From Candidatus Woesearchaeota archaeon (lineage in GTDB: Archaea > Nanobdellota > Nanobdellia > Woesearchaeales > WJIZ01): a stretch of DNA of 64,000 bases. How positions within the stretch are numbered: position 1 is the stretch's first letter; each line of letters opens with the position of its first letter. Where the stretch lies: the NCBI GenBank assembly GCA_018303125.1, contig JAGVYS010000003.1, forward strand, positions 637 to 64,636, read 5' to 3'. Under the pieces are notes generated by a model that was not told the DNA's origin, made no database searches, and saw only the letters and a list, made by a program, of their open reading frames with translations. The position numbers were made by a program, and so were the translations under genes. This document shows, piece after piece, positions 10,416 through 19,425 of the stretch.

Positions 10416-11186
10416 ATGGGTTTCAGGGAAACAGCTATAAGGGCTGCCAAGGAAGCAGGCAAGATTCATCTTAAGTATTTCAGGAAAAAATTTGAGATAA
10501 GATATAAGGCATACAAGCATAATAGGGTAACTATCGCAGATACGGAAGCAGAGAAAAAGATTGTTTCAGAAATAAGGAAAGAGTACCCTTCGCATAATAT
10601 CCTGGCAGAAGAGGCAGAATATCCAAGGACAGGCTCAGAATACCTCTGGGTGATAGACCCTCTTGACGGCACGAACAATTTCAGCAAGGGCATTCCTGTT
10701 TTTTGCGTTTCAATAGCGCTTGCTAAAGATAATGAGCTGATTCTCGGTGTTATCTATGACCCGACAAGAAATGAGCTTTTTGTTGCTGAGAAGGGCAAAG
10801 GCGCATTCCTGAACGGCAAAAGAATAAAGGTTTCAGGAAGCTCACAGCTGCATGACAGCATTCTTCTGACAGGTTTTTACTATGACAGGGGAAAGCCAAT
10901 GTTCTCTACGCTTGCAAGCATGCAGGAATTTTTCCTGAAGGATGTAATAGGCATAAGGTGCACAGGCAGCGCAGCCCTTGATCTCTGCAGCGTAGCTTCC
11001 GGTAGGGTAGATGGCTTCTGGGAATTCAAGCTTAACGCATGGGACTTTGCTGCCGGAAAGCTTCTTGTGGAAGAAGCAAATGGAAAGGTTACCGGCAGGA
11101 AAGGGGAAGGAATTGCAATTGGTGAGTCTTACATAGTCGCATCAAATAAAAAAATCCATGGCAAAATGCTTGATATTCTCAAATAA
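10416..11186 (+). CDS. suhB: inositol monophosphatase / fructose-1,6-bisphosphatase family protein
   Basis: WVIDPLDGTNNF metal-binding motif and the EE...DP.DGT architecture of the IMPase/FBPase family. Confidence 0.85.
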   Translation: MGFRETAIRAAKEAGKIHLKYFRKKFEIRYKAYKHNRVTIADTEAEKKIVSEIRKEYPSHNILAEEAEYPRTGSEYLWVIDPLDGTNNFSKGIPVFCVSIALAKDNELILGVIYDPTRNELFVAEKGKGAFLNGKRIKVSGSSQLHDSILLTGFYYDRGKPMFSTLASMQEFFLKDVIGIRCTGSAALDLCSVASGRVDGFWEFKLNAWDFAAGKLLVEEANGKVTGRKGEGIAIGESYIVASNKKIHGKMLDILK

Positions 11187-11189
11187 TAT

Positions 11190-11230
11190 GCTATTTATTT
11201 TCTATATTAAAAATAATTAAGGAAAAAATA
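11190..11230 (+). repeat. copy 1 of a ~40-bp AT-rich direct repeat (GCTATTTATTTTCTATATTAAAAATAATTAAGGAAAAAA)
   Basis: Near-identical copies at 11730-11770 and 12805-12845, all in the same orientation. Confidence 0.85.
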
Positions 11231-11237
11231 AGAAAAA

Positions 11238-11495
11238 TCAATAAACTCTATCCCTTTTGTCTATCTTGAAGACGATTATCTTATTCTCTGGATAGTTTAT
11301 TCGATAGAGTGCTCTATAATCACCAATCCTTAGCCTGAATACATTATGCTCGCCAACAATTCTTTTCGCATCGTGTGGCACGGCATTATTTTGCAATTGC
11401 TCATCAATCCTGTCAAGAATTCTCTTAACGGAATTTTTATCAAGCTTCTTCAGAAATTTTACTGGCTGCTTATCGTAATTAATCTCAAAACTCAT
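11238..11495 (-). CDS. relE: RelE/ParE-family type II toxin
   Basis: 85 aa with a C-terminal ...FRLRIGDYRALYRINYPENKIIVFKIDKRDRVY pattern typical of RelE/StbE; overlaps the upstream small gene by 4 nt. Confidence 0.7.
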   Translation of the reverse strand: MSFEINYDKQPVKFLKKLDKNSVKRILDRIDEQLQNNAVPHDAKRIVGEHNVFRLRIGDYRALYRINYPENKIIVFKIDKRDRVY

Positions 11496-11710
11496 AATCC
11501 GAGCGCCTTTCGCAGATTCTTGGCTGAAGTAAGCTTTGATTGTTTTTCATTTATTCGGCTTTCCTGTAGAAGCTCAGACTCTTCAATACTCAAGAACATA
11601 TCTTTATCCGGCATATTTTCCTTTATTGCATGAATCTCGGATTTTATAAGGTTGATATCATGCATTATTTGTTTTATTTCGGCTTCCATGCTTTTAGAAG
11701 TGTATTTCAT
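11492..11710 (-). CDS. putative antitoxin partner of RelE/ParE
   Basis: 72-aa ORF immediately upstream of the toxin with a 4-nt overlap (ATGA), the classic toxin-antitoxin arrangement. Confidence 0.55.
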   Translation of the reverse strand: MKYTSKSMEAEIKQIMHDINLIKSEIHAIKENMPDKDMFLSIEESELLQESRINEKQSKLTSAKNLRKALGL

Positions 11711-11729
11711 GTATTTATATTTATTGTGC

Positions 11730-11770
11730 TGCTATTTACTTTCTATATTGAAAATAATTAAGGAAAAAAA
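11730..11770 (+). repeat. copy 2 of the ~40-bp direct repeat
   Basis: GCTATTTACTTTCTATATTGAAAATAATTAAGGAAAAAAA; lies between the toxin-antitoxin pair and the nucleotidyltransferase/HEPN-like pair. Confidence 0.85.
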
Positions 11771-11845
11771 CTTGCTTATGTATGGCTGAAATATTTTTAA
11801 GAATACAGATAGATTTAAATATCAGTTGTCATTTTTATCTATCAA

Positions 11846-12364
11846 ATGATAAAAAAATCTACCATAGAAGAGATATTGGGCATTTTCTTCATGCATCCTA
11901 CCAGAGAATTCCACATCAGGGAATTTTCCAGGGTAAGCGGCTTTTCAATGCCAACTATAGTTTCAGCTATGAATGAGCTTGCTCGAAATAAGCTTATCAC
12001 GAAAATAAGCCAGCGTGGCCTTACCCTGGTTAAGGCAAATAGGGAATATGCTGTCTTTACAAGGCTGAAGCTTGTTTCAAACCTTGAACGAGTCTACCTA
12101 TCGGGGATTATTGACTACCTATCCCGGATTTATTCACACCCTCAGCTCATAATACTCTTCGGAAGCTATGCAAGGGGAGAAGACATTGAAAGCTCTGATG
12201 TGGACATAGCCATAAAGTCATCAAGGCATATTGACGCTGATTTTTCAAAATACGACAAATATCTCGGCAGGAAAATAGCAATCCATGAGTTCGATGAGAA
12301 AATCCTCTCAGTGGAATTTCTTGCAAACTTGCACAACGGCAAGGTGCTGGAGGGCACATGGTAA
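11846..12364 (+). CDS. winged-HTH plus minimal nucleotidyltransferase (MNT, Pol-beta superfamily) protein
   Basis: LFGSYARGEDIESSDVDIAI is a clean hG[GS]x9-13DhD nucleotidyltransferase motif. It is a paralog of 48480..49076. Confidence 0.8.
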   Translation: MIKKSTIEEILGIFFMHPTREFHIREFSRVSGFSMPTIVSAMNELARNKLITKISQRGLTLVKANREYAVFTRLKLVSNLERVYLSGIIDYLSRIYSHPQLIILFGSYARGEDIESSDVDIAIKSSRHIDADFSKYDKYLGRKIAIHEFDEKILSVEFLANLHNGKVLEGTW

Positions 12365-12789
12365 AAGAATTTGGACATTTTATCCGAAGAGGCGACGTGA
12401 AGAAGCAGTCTGTAGATATCAGGTTATCCCAAGCCACTTTCAGGGAAAGCGCGGAAAGGATAGTCCTCGCAGCACACTTGCTTCGCATATCAAAGCCGAA
12501 ATATGCGCTGGAGAATGCATATGAATTAATGAGGGAGGCAGCGGATGCGCTCTTATATGCTGATGGCTATAAGTCTTACTCTCATGAGGCTTCCATAATC
12601 TACCTTCTTGAAAATGATTTTTCTGAGCATGATGTTCTTGAGTTTGACAGGTACAGGAAAATCCGGAACAGCATCAAATAATATGGTGAAAACTGTGGTA
12701 AAGAGGATGCTGAGGCATGCATTACACTTGCAAGAAAAGTCATCTCTAAAATACAGGTTCTTTTGCAGGGCAAAAACAAGCAGGAATAG
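12358..12789 (+). pseudogene. HEPN/KNTase-C-like substrate-binding partner of the MNT, interrupted by an in-frame TAA at 12679-12681
   Basis: The ORF ends ...FDRYRKIRNSIK*. Reading on in frame gives YGENCGKEDAEACITLARKVISKIQVLLQGKNKQE*, which aligns with the C-terminus of the paralog at 49073..49468 (RRLRHNINYYGYKPSLEEVKEVKAIAKSLFEKIK). Confidence 0.55.
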
Positions 12790-12804
12790 GTTGTACATTT
12801 TATT

Positions 12805-12845
12805 GCTATTTTCTTTCTATATTGAAAATAATTAAGGAAAAAAAT
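12805..12845 (+). repeat. copy 3 of the ~40-bp direct repeat
   Basis: GCTATTTTCTTTCTATATTGAAAATAATTAAGGAAAAAAA; sits at the junction with the GC-rich block. Confidence 0.85.
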
Positions 12846-12918
12846 ATTTTTAGAGAAAGATAAAGCATTCAGGAGCTAACCATGTAAGATTAGCTCCTCA
12901 CAAACATCACTGAGTTTT

Positions 12919-13284
12919 TTAGGTGGCGCTTTCGTCCTTAACTAAGCGAATTTCTTCGACTTCCGGAGATGGCGCTGTGTCATCCTGCCAAGTAGCAATG
13001 CAGCCTGCCTCTGCAAATAGAGTAATCCTGCACTCCTCCCCTGTAGCCTTAAACCCGTGCCACACCTCTGCAGGGATAACTAAGACCTGTCCAGCCATAA
13101 TCTTTTCATTCGTTCCGCTCTCTTTAAGGAGATTACATGTTCCTTTCTGCACGGCGAATATTTTGACGCCGTTGTTCTTATGCAGCTCTATCCTCTGCTC
13201 AGGAGTGAGAGTTATGACCTTTACATCAAACCCAGTAAGGCGTGATAACATCTCTGAAACGATTTTCGTTAGTTTGAAACTCAT
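12919..13284 (-). CDS. cupin-domain protein
   Basis: The two-His/Glu cupin region (...GQVLVIPAEVWHGFKATGEE...); GC-rich, first gene of the compositionally distinct block. Confidence 0.6.
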   Translation of the reverse strand: MSFKLTKIVSEMLSRLTGFDVKVITLTPEQRIELHKNNGVKIFAVQKGTCNLLKESGTNEKIMAGQVLVIPAEVWHGFKATGEECRITLFAEAGCIATWQDDTAPSPEVEEIRLVKDESAT

Positions 13285-13561
13285 AAGTACCTCGTTAGGT
13301 TAATCAGCCAGTAACACAAGGTATTCTGGCCAATCGTTTAATGTTGTTGAGCTCATTCCTCCTTGTCCGCCTGTCTTTTTGCCTTTCGGCAAGCATTTTC
13401 AGCCTTTTTCGGCGTGGTGGTTTTTTGAGCCTTTTGTGATTACCATTTCTTTTCCATCTCTCTTTTTTTTCGTGATTTTTCATTGCTTTTTTGTATCCGA
13501 CCCGCACAAGGATGCTACCTCACTGGATAGCAATTAATCCTTGCTGGGGCTGGAGAATTGG

Positions 13562-14464
13562 TTAGACGTCGCAGAGCTTGATTGCCTGTGCGAGTCCCTT
13601 CTTTGCGTCTCCTGTCGGGATGAACTCGTGGCCGACGAAGCCTTTGTAACCGACATCCACAAGGGCTCGCATCACCGCAGGGTAGCTAATCTCTTGTGCA
13701 TTTGGATCCAGTTCCCCTCTTCCCGGGCATCCCGCAGTGTGGACATGGCCAAGCAAGGCAGCGCATTGGCGTATGCGCCGGATGACATCTCCATGCATGA
13801 CTTGGACATGGTAGATGTCAAACAGTAACCGAACCCAAGGGGAATTTACATAGGTGACAATCTCGGCGCAGACAGCAAGATCGTTTCCCCAATATCCTGG
13901 GTGGCCTTTCATTGGGTGAGTGTTGTCACGCGTGTTCAGATGCTCCAAGCACACTACCACCTTTTTTTGCTCAGCGAGAGACACCAGTTTTTTCAAGCCA
14001 ACTACGCACGTTTTGATGCCTTCGGCGACACCGATTTCGTCACCAAGCGGTTCTGTCGGGGAAGTCTCGCTCCCATCGAACTTGCGTCCGTATCCAGTGA
14101 ACACCACCGTAGCCGGAAATCCAGCATCTCCAAGGGATTTGATGTTCTCACCGACCTTCGCGATGAGCGCTTCATGGTTCGCACGGTCGTTCCACCCGCG
14201 CACGAAAGGAGGCTCTTTGTCCTTGATGGCAACAGGCAAACCAATGGCGCAGATCAAGCCATGCTTCTCGAGCACAGGAAAATCCGCAGGCGAAACCAGT
14301 TCTACGCTCTTTGCCCCAAGTCGCTTTGCGTTCTGGCAGAGCTCATCAAGGGTCATTTTTCCATCCCCGGTGAAGCACCACCCAGCAACTGAGTGGTTTA
14401 TCCTGTCTTTGAGTTTTGTTTTTTTATTCATGATGTTTAATGATTTGATTTTTCTCCCAAGCAC
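13562..14464 (-). CDS. xylose-isomerase-like TIM-barrel sugar-phosphate isomerase/epimerase (hydroxypyruvate-isomerase-like)
   Basis: 300-aa TIM-barrel pattern (VCLEHLN, HVHTAGCPGRGELD...GHEFIP); GC ~55-58%. The start could instead be the internal Met at 14431. Confidence 0.7.
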   Translation of the reverse strand: MLGRKIKSLNIMNKKTKLKDRINHSVAGWCFTGDGKMTLDELCQNAKRLGAKSVELVSPADFPVLEKHGLICAIGLPVAIKDKEPPFVRGWNDRANHEALIAKVGENIKSLGDAGFPATVVFTGYGRKFDGSETSPTEPLGDEIGVAEGIKTCVVGLKKLVSLAEQKKVVVCLEHLNTRDNTHPMKGHPGYWGNDLAVCAEIVTYVNSPWVRLLFDIYHVQVMHGDVIRRIRQCAALLGHVHTAGCPGRGELDPNAQEISYPAVMRALVDVGYKGFVGHEFIPTGDAKKGLAQAIKLCDV

Positions 14465-14855
14465 CTTAGCTATTGATGCCTGAGTCTTGGAAAGCCCAAA
14501 CTGATTTGTCCAAGCTATCCGCTTGCCCTCACGCGAATGAGAACAAGTGAGTTGTTAGCAACTCATGGCAACGCCCACTCATGCAGACTTGGGCGTTGTT
14601 GATGAACTGCTTTTGGGTTACCAGCCCGAATAGGTAATATATCTATTGAAACTCTTTTACGAGAATTTTCTGTTGCATTTCTGACATTTTACTTCTGTTG
14701 TGCCTTCCGAGTCACCTTTTAGAGAGACCACAAGGAATTGCGCAGTCAAGCAGCAATCGCACCTGCCGTCTCCCGAAAGGATGTGAATAGTACCATTTCC
14801 ACAGATAAGAATTGGACTAGGTTTTTCGTTCATAACCTCTCCTTTGATACACAGG

Positions 14856-16313
14856 TTATTGTTTTCCGAGACTCTTTCTTATGGCTGTCCAGCCGTCGAA
14901 TCTTTCAACGACCTGAGTGGGAATCCAAGAGGGTTTGATGGGCTTCAGCCTGCAGAGATGCTCCTGAATTTCCCCTACTCCTCTCTTAGTTGCGCTGGCA
15001 AGTGCGGCAATGAGCGCACCCTTGGCACAATTGAAGCCGCTGCCTTCTGCCTTGAGCACCTCTAATTTTCTGCCATTCGCCAGTTGGTATATCAAGCCCT
15101 GGATGATGGAAGAGTTAGCCAAGTCACCTGTAAGGCAGACTTTGGTGATGCCTGCGTCCAGCATAGGGATAGCCCTCTCCCACATCCCGAAGGTAATGGA
15201 CTGAAGGACGCTGATTGCCCAGTCGTTGAGTGCTGCATCCGAAGGCGCGTTGTGGACAGTGAACCCAGTATTAGTGGGCAAAAACCGCTCGAGAAGGGTA
15301 TCATCCAGATAGAAGAATGGCTTGCCACTCATTGCTAGCCTGTCGAGCGTCTTGTCCACATTATCATTGGATTTAGTTTTTGCCTTGATAGCGACTCGCA
15401 TGCACCCCTTGAAGGATGTCCACGCCAAGCCACTGTTGACAAGGATAGTGAGCAGGAAGACCTTGCCGAAGTCGTCGAAACGGTGATACTGGCCATCATG
15501 CGTCCACGAGTCATTGGTTGCAGTGCCAGTTCCTGACGAGCCAAAAGATAGGGTTACGGCATCATTCGGAGAGCCAAGCCCTGTTTTGCCGGAATGGTTG
15601 TCTGCCAGAGGAGAGTGATAAACGCATTGGCTTCCCAATCCAAGTGATCCTGCAAATTCCGTGTTGCAGTTTCCAACAACATTTCCCGTAGCCACCACTT
15701 CTGGAATGATTTCGGGGTTTAGGCCTAGCGCCCTAAAGACCTCTACAGCCACTTTCCCATCCCTGGTGAGGATGTTATTGCACATTCCGTCTGACCTGCT
15801 GAGCACCAACTTGCCTGTCAGCAGATACCCAAGATAGTCCGCAAGAGTGCATATCCATCTGACTTTTTTCCAGACATCCGGCATTTTTTTCGAGAACCAG
15901 TATGCCTTTGCCAGGATCAAGCCAGAATAGACATCGTTTCCTGTAATCCCCCTGATATCTGCTTTTCCCTTAATCTCATCAACCATGTCGGCAGCACGTT
16001 CATCACACCAGAGGACTGCCCCAGCATGCACAGGTGCATAATCGACGTCCAAGAGAACAAGGGAATGTTGAAACTGTCCAACGCACAGGTGTGTTACTGC
16101 CTTGGCTTTTTCCCCAAGAATGCCACGAAGAGTCTCAGCCAATTTTGAGATGTCAAATTCATGTCGCTTCTCAGGGAGGTTTCCCACTTTAGGCGTTGCG
16201 ATTGAAGCGCCATTTGTGAGACCGGTTGTGCTGTCATAGAAGACAGCTGCACAGGATGTTGTGCCGAAATCTATCCCGGCAACAACTCCACTTACATTTA
16301 TTTTCTTTTTCAT
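14856..16313 (-). CDS. FGGY-family carbohydrate kinase (xylulokinase/rhamnulokinase-like)
   Basis: N-terminal VVAGIDFGTTSCAAVFYD (the DxGTT ASKHA motif), 485 aa. Confidence 0.8.
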   Translation of the reverse strand: MKKKINVSGVVAGIDFGTTSCAAVFYDSTTGLTNGASIATPKVGNLPEKRHEFDISKLAETLRGILGEKAKAVTHLCVGQFQHSLVLLDVDYAPVHAGAVLWCDERAADMVDEIKGKADIRGITGNDVYSGLILAKAYWFSKKMPDVWKKVRWICTLADYLGYLLTGKLVLSRSDGMCNNILTRDGKVAVEVFRALGLNPEIIPEVVATGNVVGNCNTEFAGSLGLGSQCVYHSPLADNHSGKTGLGSPNDAVTLSFGSSGTGTATNDSWTHDGQYHRFDDFGKVFLLTILVNSGLAWTSFKGCMRVAIKAKTKSNDNVDKTLDRLAMSGKPFFYLDDTLLERFLPTNTGFTVHNAPSDAALNDWAISVLQSITFGMWERAIPMLDAGITKVCLTGDLANSSIIQGLIYQLANGRKLEVLKAEGSGFNCAKGALIAALASATKRGVGEIQEHLCRLKPIKPSWIPTQVVERFDGWTAIRKSLGKQ

Positions 16314-16413
16314 TTTTATTTTATTTGTTTAAACTGAAGTCCAATCCCTTCCCAGAGGAAAATCTCCCCAGAAGAAATTCCAATGGAAATGGAAAGGGCT
16401 TGGAGGTAATGAT

Positions 16414-17601
16414 TCAATTGATGCTGGAGATGTCCACTTTGGCGCCGCCCTGCTCTGCACTCAACAAGGATGCTTGCAGAACACGTTGAGTGTGCATTGT
16501 GGACTGGATCGTTGCAAAAGTGTCCGTATGCAATGGTTTCTGTCCAGCCACTTTGAGGAGGAATTCCAGCAGCAGGAAGATGAAGGTGTGCTCATACCCG
16601 ATGTTGTGTCCCTCTGGCCAGCAATTACTCACGTAGGGGTGACCCTTTTGAGAAACGTCGATTGTTTTCCAGCCTCGTGTCAGCTTGTTCTCGGTGTAGT
16701 CCACCCAATGCAATTCAGTGAGGCTTTCGAGACTCCATGTCAATCTCCCTTTGGTGCCGTCAATCTCGATGAGATTATCGTTGTTGCTTCCAGCGGACGT
16801 TCGTGTTGCCTCGAACGTGGCAATGAGACCCTTCTTCGATCGGCCATTGAACAACGAGATGTCATCGACATCGCTCGCAAGCGTCTTTGGGACATCTGCT
16901 GATTTTTCGTTCCATTCAGGGTTTGGTCGTTGCTGCCAGACAGTTTGCGTGTAGCCACCGCTCACCGACTCCAACTCGTCCTGACAGAGCAACACGAACA
17001 GGTCGATGATGTGCGCATTGAGATCACCATGCGCACCAGATCCGCAGATGTCTTTCAAGAACCGCCACACCCTTGGGCAACTTTCGTCACCCCATTGCTG
17101 GAGATATTTAGCGCGGAAGCGCAGGATTTTCCCAATCAATGTGATGAACTGCAACAGGGCGAATACCACTGCAGGGGTAAAGCGGTAATTGTGCCAGACC
17201 GCATTATGCACTCCTTTATCGGAGGCAGTTTTCGCTGCCTGAACCATCCGGCTAGCCCCTTGCAGGGTGTTTGAGAGGGGCTTCTCTGTCAATGTGTGCT
17301 TTCCTACCTCCAAAGCACTCACAGCGATGTCTGCGTGGCTGTCGTTGGAGGTTGCAACGTCCACCAGATGAATTTCAGCGTTGTCGAAGACATACTTCGG
17401 ATCGGTTGTCCAATTCTGCCATCCCTGTTCTCTAGCGAACTTTTCAACCGCATCTTCTCTTCGTCCCACCACCGTGTGGAGGACTACTTCGAATGGCGTT
17501 TCTTCTGGGAAAAAATACCCGACTTGCCGAAGCGCATTACTATGCGCCCGTCCCATAAAACCGTGACCATACATGGCCACATTTAGTTTAGGTTTACTCA
17601 T
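16414..17601 (-). CDS. Gfo/Idh/MocA-family NAD(P)-dependent oxidoreductase
   Basis: N-terminal Rossmann region (LNVAMYGHGFMGRAHSNAL) plus a C-terminal alpha/beta domain, 395 aa. Confidence 0.75.
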   Translation of the reverse strand: MSKPKLNVAMYGHGFMGRAHSNALRQVGYFFPEETPFEVVLHTVVGRREDAVEKFAREQGWQNWTTDPKYVFDNAEIHLVDVATSNDSHADIAVSALEVGKHTLTEKPLSNTLQGASRMVQAAKTASDKGVHNAVWHNYRFTPAVVFALLQFITLIGKILRFRAKYLQQWGDESCPRVWRFLKDICGSGAHGDLNAHIIDLFVLLCQDELESVSGGYTQTVWQQRPNPEWNEKSADVPKTLASDVDDISLFNGRSKKGLIATFEATRTSAGSNNDNLIEIDGTKGRLTWSLESLTELHWVDYTENKLTRGWKTIDVSQKGHPYVSNCWPEGHNIGYEHTFIFLLLEFLLKVAGQKPLHTDTFATIQSTMHTQRVLQASLLSAEQGGAKVDISSIN

Positions 17602-17956
17602 GGATTAGTTGTCTTTCTTCCCGGAATTGTTTTTTCTGAGAAGCCCATCACGTGTTTGGGCCTTAATTGCTTTCCAAGATGTTCCGGGTTGCCATCAAGA
17701 AAAGCAATCATATCCTCCTTCAAACAGGAAGGAGAAATTTCAGCATAGCTGCTGAAGGCAGCACACTCCAATGAAGCAAGTGGGCTGTTATTCAACATCT
17801 AATTGCCAGCCATGGGACGCACTCACAGCCTGTAAGTGCACGACCATCCCAAAACAATATGGTCTATCCCATGCTGGCAAAGTTAATGCTCGCCATATTC
17901 ATCCCTTTGCCTTATGGCAGCGTTTGGCTTAGGGAATCCTATGGCTGGCCGATTGT

Positions 17957-19042
17957 TCAGTTATTCTTGGCCATGGCCTCTTGATGTGAGATACCAGAAG
18001 TGAAGAGGATGTTGCTTCTGGCATGGCGTCCTGCGACCACGGCGGCGTTATCTTCGTCTTTGTCACTTGTTAAATGCAACGCTAGCATTTTTCCGTCCTC
18101 GTGCTCAAGCGCAACTTCATCGAAACTGAACTCTCCTTCTCTGAGAGCGACCTGGACGTCTCGATAATCTCCGTCACTCCAATGCAGAGAGATGTACTCG
18201 TCACCCCTTCTTCCACTCGGGTCGTCCAAGTGATGAGGAGAGTGTGTCGAACGAACACCGCCGTGCTGGCACTTCGCACCCTTTAGGTGTTCAGCATCGA
18301 TTGACCCGGGCGCTTCCTCGTTGATGAACCGTACACCATCGCCATTCAGCATGCCCTGTTTGATGAAATGAGAGTGGTCATAGAGGTACCCAAACCCATC
18401 ATCTGCCACAGCTTTGTGCAACTCAACTGCACTGTAGGGTTCCCACGCAGATTCTCCCTTATGAATTTCCAACCTGGCCTTCTTGATTCCGTGGGCCTTG
18501 AAGATACCAACAGCTTGCCGAATGCGGCCAGCTTCCCAATCCAAGCGAGACTTCCGTTCATCATCTGGCAGACCAGGGAACTCACGAAGTGAATCTTCGT
18601 AGATGGACGAGCCGCAGAACCAATTGATCTTGGTGATTCCAGCGGCCTGACAGCCAGCGGCGATGAGCTGGATTTCATCCATGGTAGCAGCCTGAATGGC
18701 TTGGGCATCAGGCTTTCCATTGGCCTCTTTCCACATGTGGACAGGCAGAAATTGCTTGAAGCCACTGTGAATCGATGTCGCATTCAGGCACATCGTGATA
18801 GGGTGTACGCTGACGCTGAGAACAGCAAGCTCGCCAACAGTTCCTTTCCATTCGTCTAGGCATTCCTTTCCACTCCTCTGGCCATTACCATTGACGAAAT
18901 GGTGGTATGGGAAGTGATCCCGTCCAGGTTGGATGCCATCAAAAACCAAGTTGCCGTCCGGCATCTTTGTTCGCCTGAGCTTGCTAACTAACTCAGCGAG
19001 AGTCCATGCAGCGAACTGCAATGATACTAGTGTGAATTTCAT
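17957..19042 (-). CDS. xylose-isomerase-like TIM-barrel protein (putative), possibly secreted
   Basis: 361 aa, GC-rich, hydrophobic N-terminus (MKFTLVSLQFAAWTLA); resembles sugar-phosphate isomerase/epimerase family proteins. Confidence 0.5.
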   Translation of the reverse strand: MKFTLVSLQFAAWTLAELVSKLRRTKMPDGNLVFDGIQPGRDHFPYHHFVNGNGQRSGKECLDEWKGTVGELAVLSVSVHPITMCLNATSIHSGFKQFLPVHMWKEANGKPDAQAIQAATMDEIQLIAAGCQAAGITKINWFCGSSIYEDSLREFPGLPDDERKSRLDWEAGRIRQAVGIFKAHGIKKARLEIHKGESAWEPYSAVELHKAVADDGFGYLYDHSHFIKQGMLNGDGVRFINEEAPGSIDAEHLKGAKCQHGGVRSTHSPHHLDDPSGRRGDEYISLHWSDGDYRDVQVALREGEFSFDEVALEHEDGKMLALHLTSDKDEDNAAVVAGRHARSNILFTSGISHQEAMAKNN

Positions 19043-19425
19043 AGTTTTGCTTTCCTTCTAGACAATATTGCAGACAACCTTTAGCCTTTTTCCTTTTTTA
19101 GCTTTAGTTGCCCCTACAAACTCTTTTCAGAGAACCGCCAGTTGTCTCTTCAGGCAGTTTTTGATCCACTCCCACATGCATAATGGGACTGGTAATTTTT
19201 CCGAGTGATTTCTCGAATTTTGCGAGTTTATTCTCGACGCCTTCAAACAAAGACGATTTTATCCATCTCATTCGAGACAGACTTTTTCAGTGTGTAACCA
19301 CTGAAGGCAGCCCTCAGATAATAGAGGCCAAGTAGGCATACTTTCTAAGGGCTGTTGTTCGGGGGTTAATTTAGTTACTTCTCCGAGCACCATTTCTGGT
19401 GAGTGGACTTATTATCGGATGTGGA

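Noticed and set aside
11190-12845. Possibility that the three ~40-bp repeats form a CRISPR array
   Set aside because: There are only three copies, spaced ~540 and ~1075 bp apart, with protein-coding genes between them and no cas genes nearby; this is not CRISPR geometry.
13304-13507. 67-aa highly basic minus-strand ORF (MRVGYKKAMKNHEKKERWKRNG...)
   Set aside because: It looks like a low-complexity R/K-rich translation of an A/T/C-rich junction region at the edge of the GC-rich block; it is kept only as a possibility.
13901-16000. Numerous plus-strand ORFs (for example 13901..14392, 13920..14483, 15010..15338) in the GC-rich block
   Set aside because: High GC suppresses stop codons, so antisense ORFs are common here; all overlap well-supported minus-strand genes.
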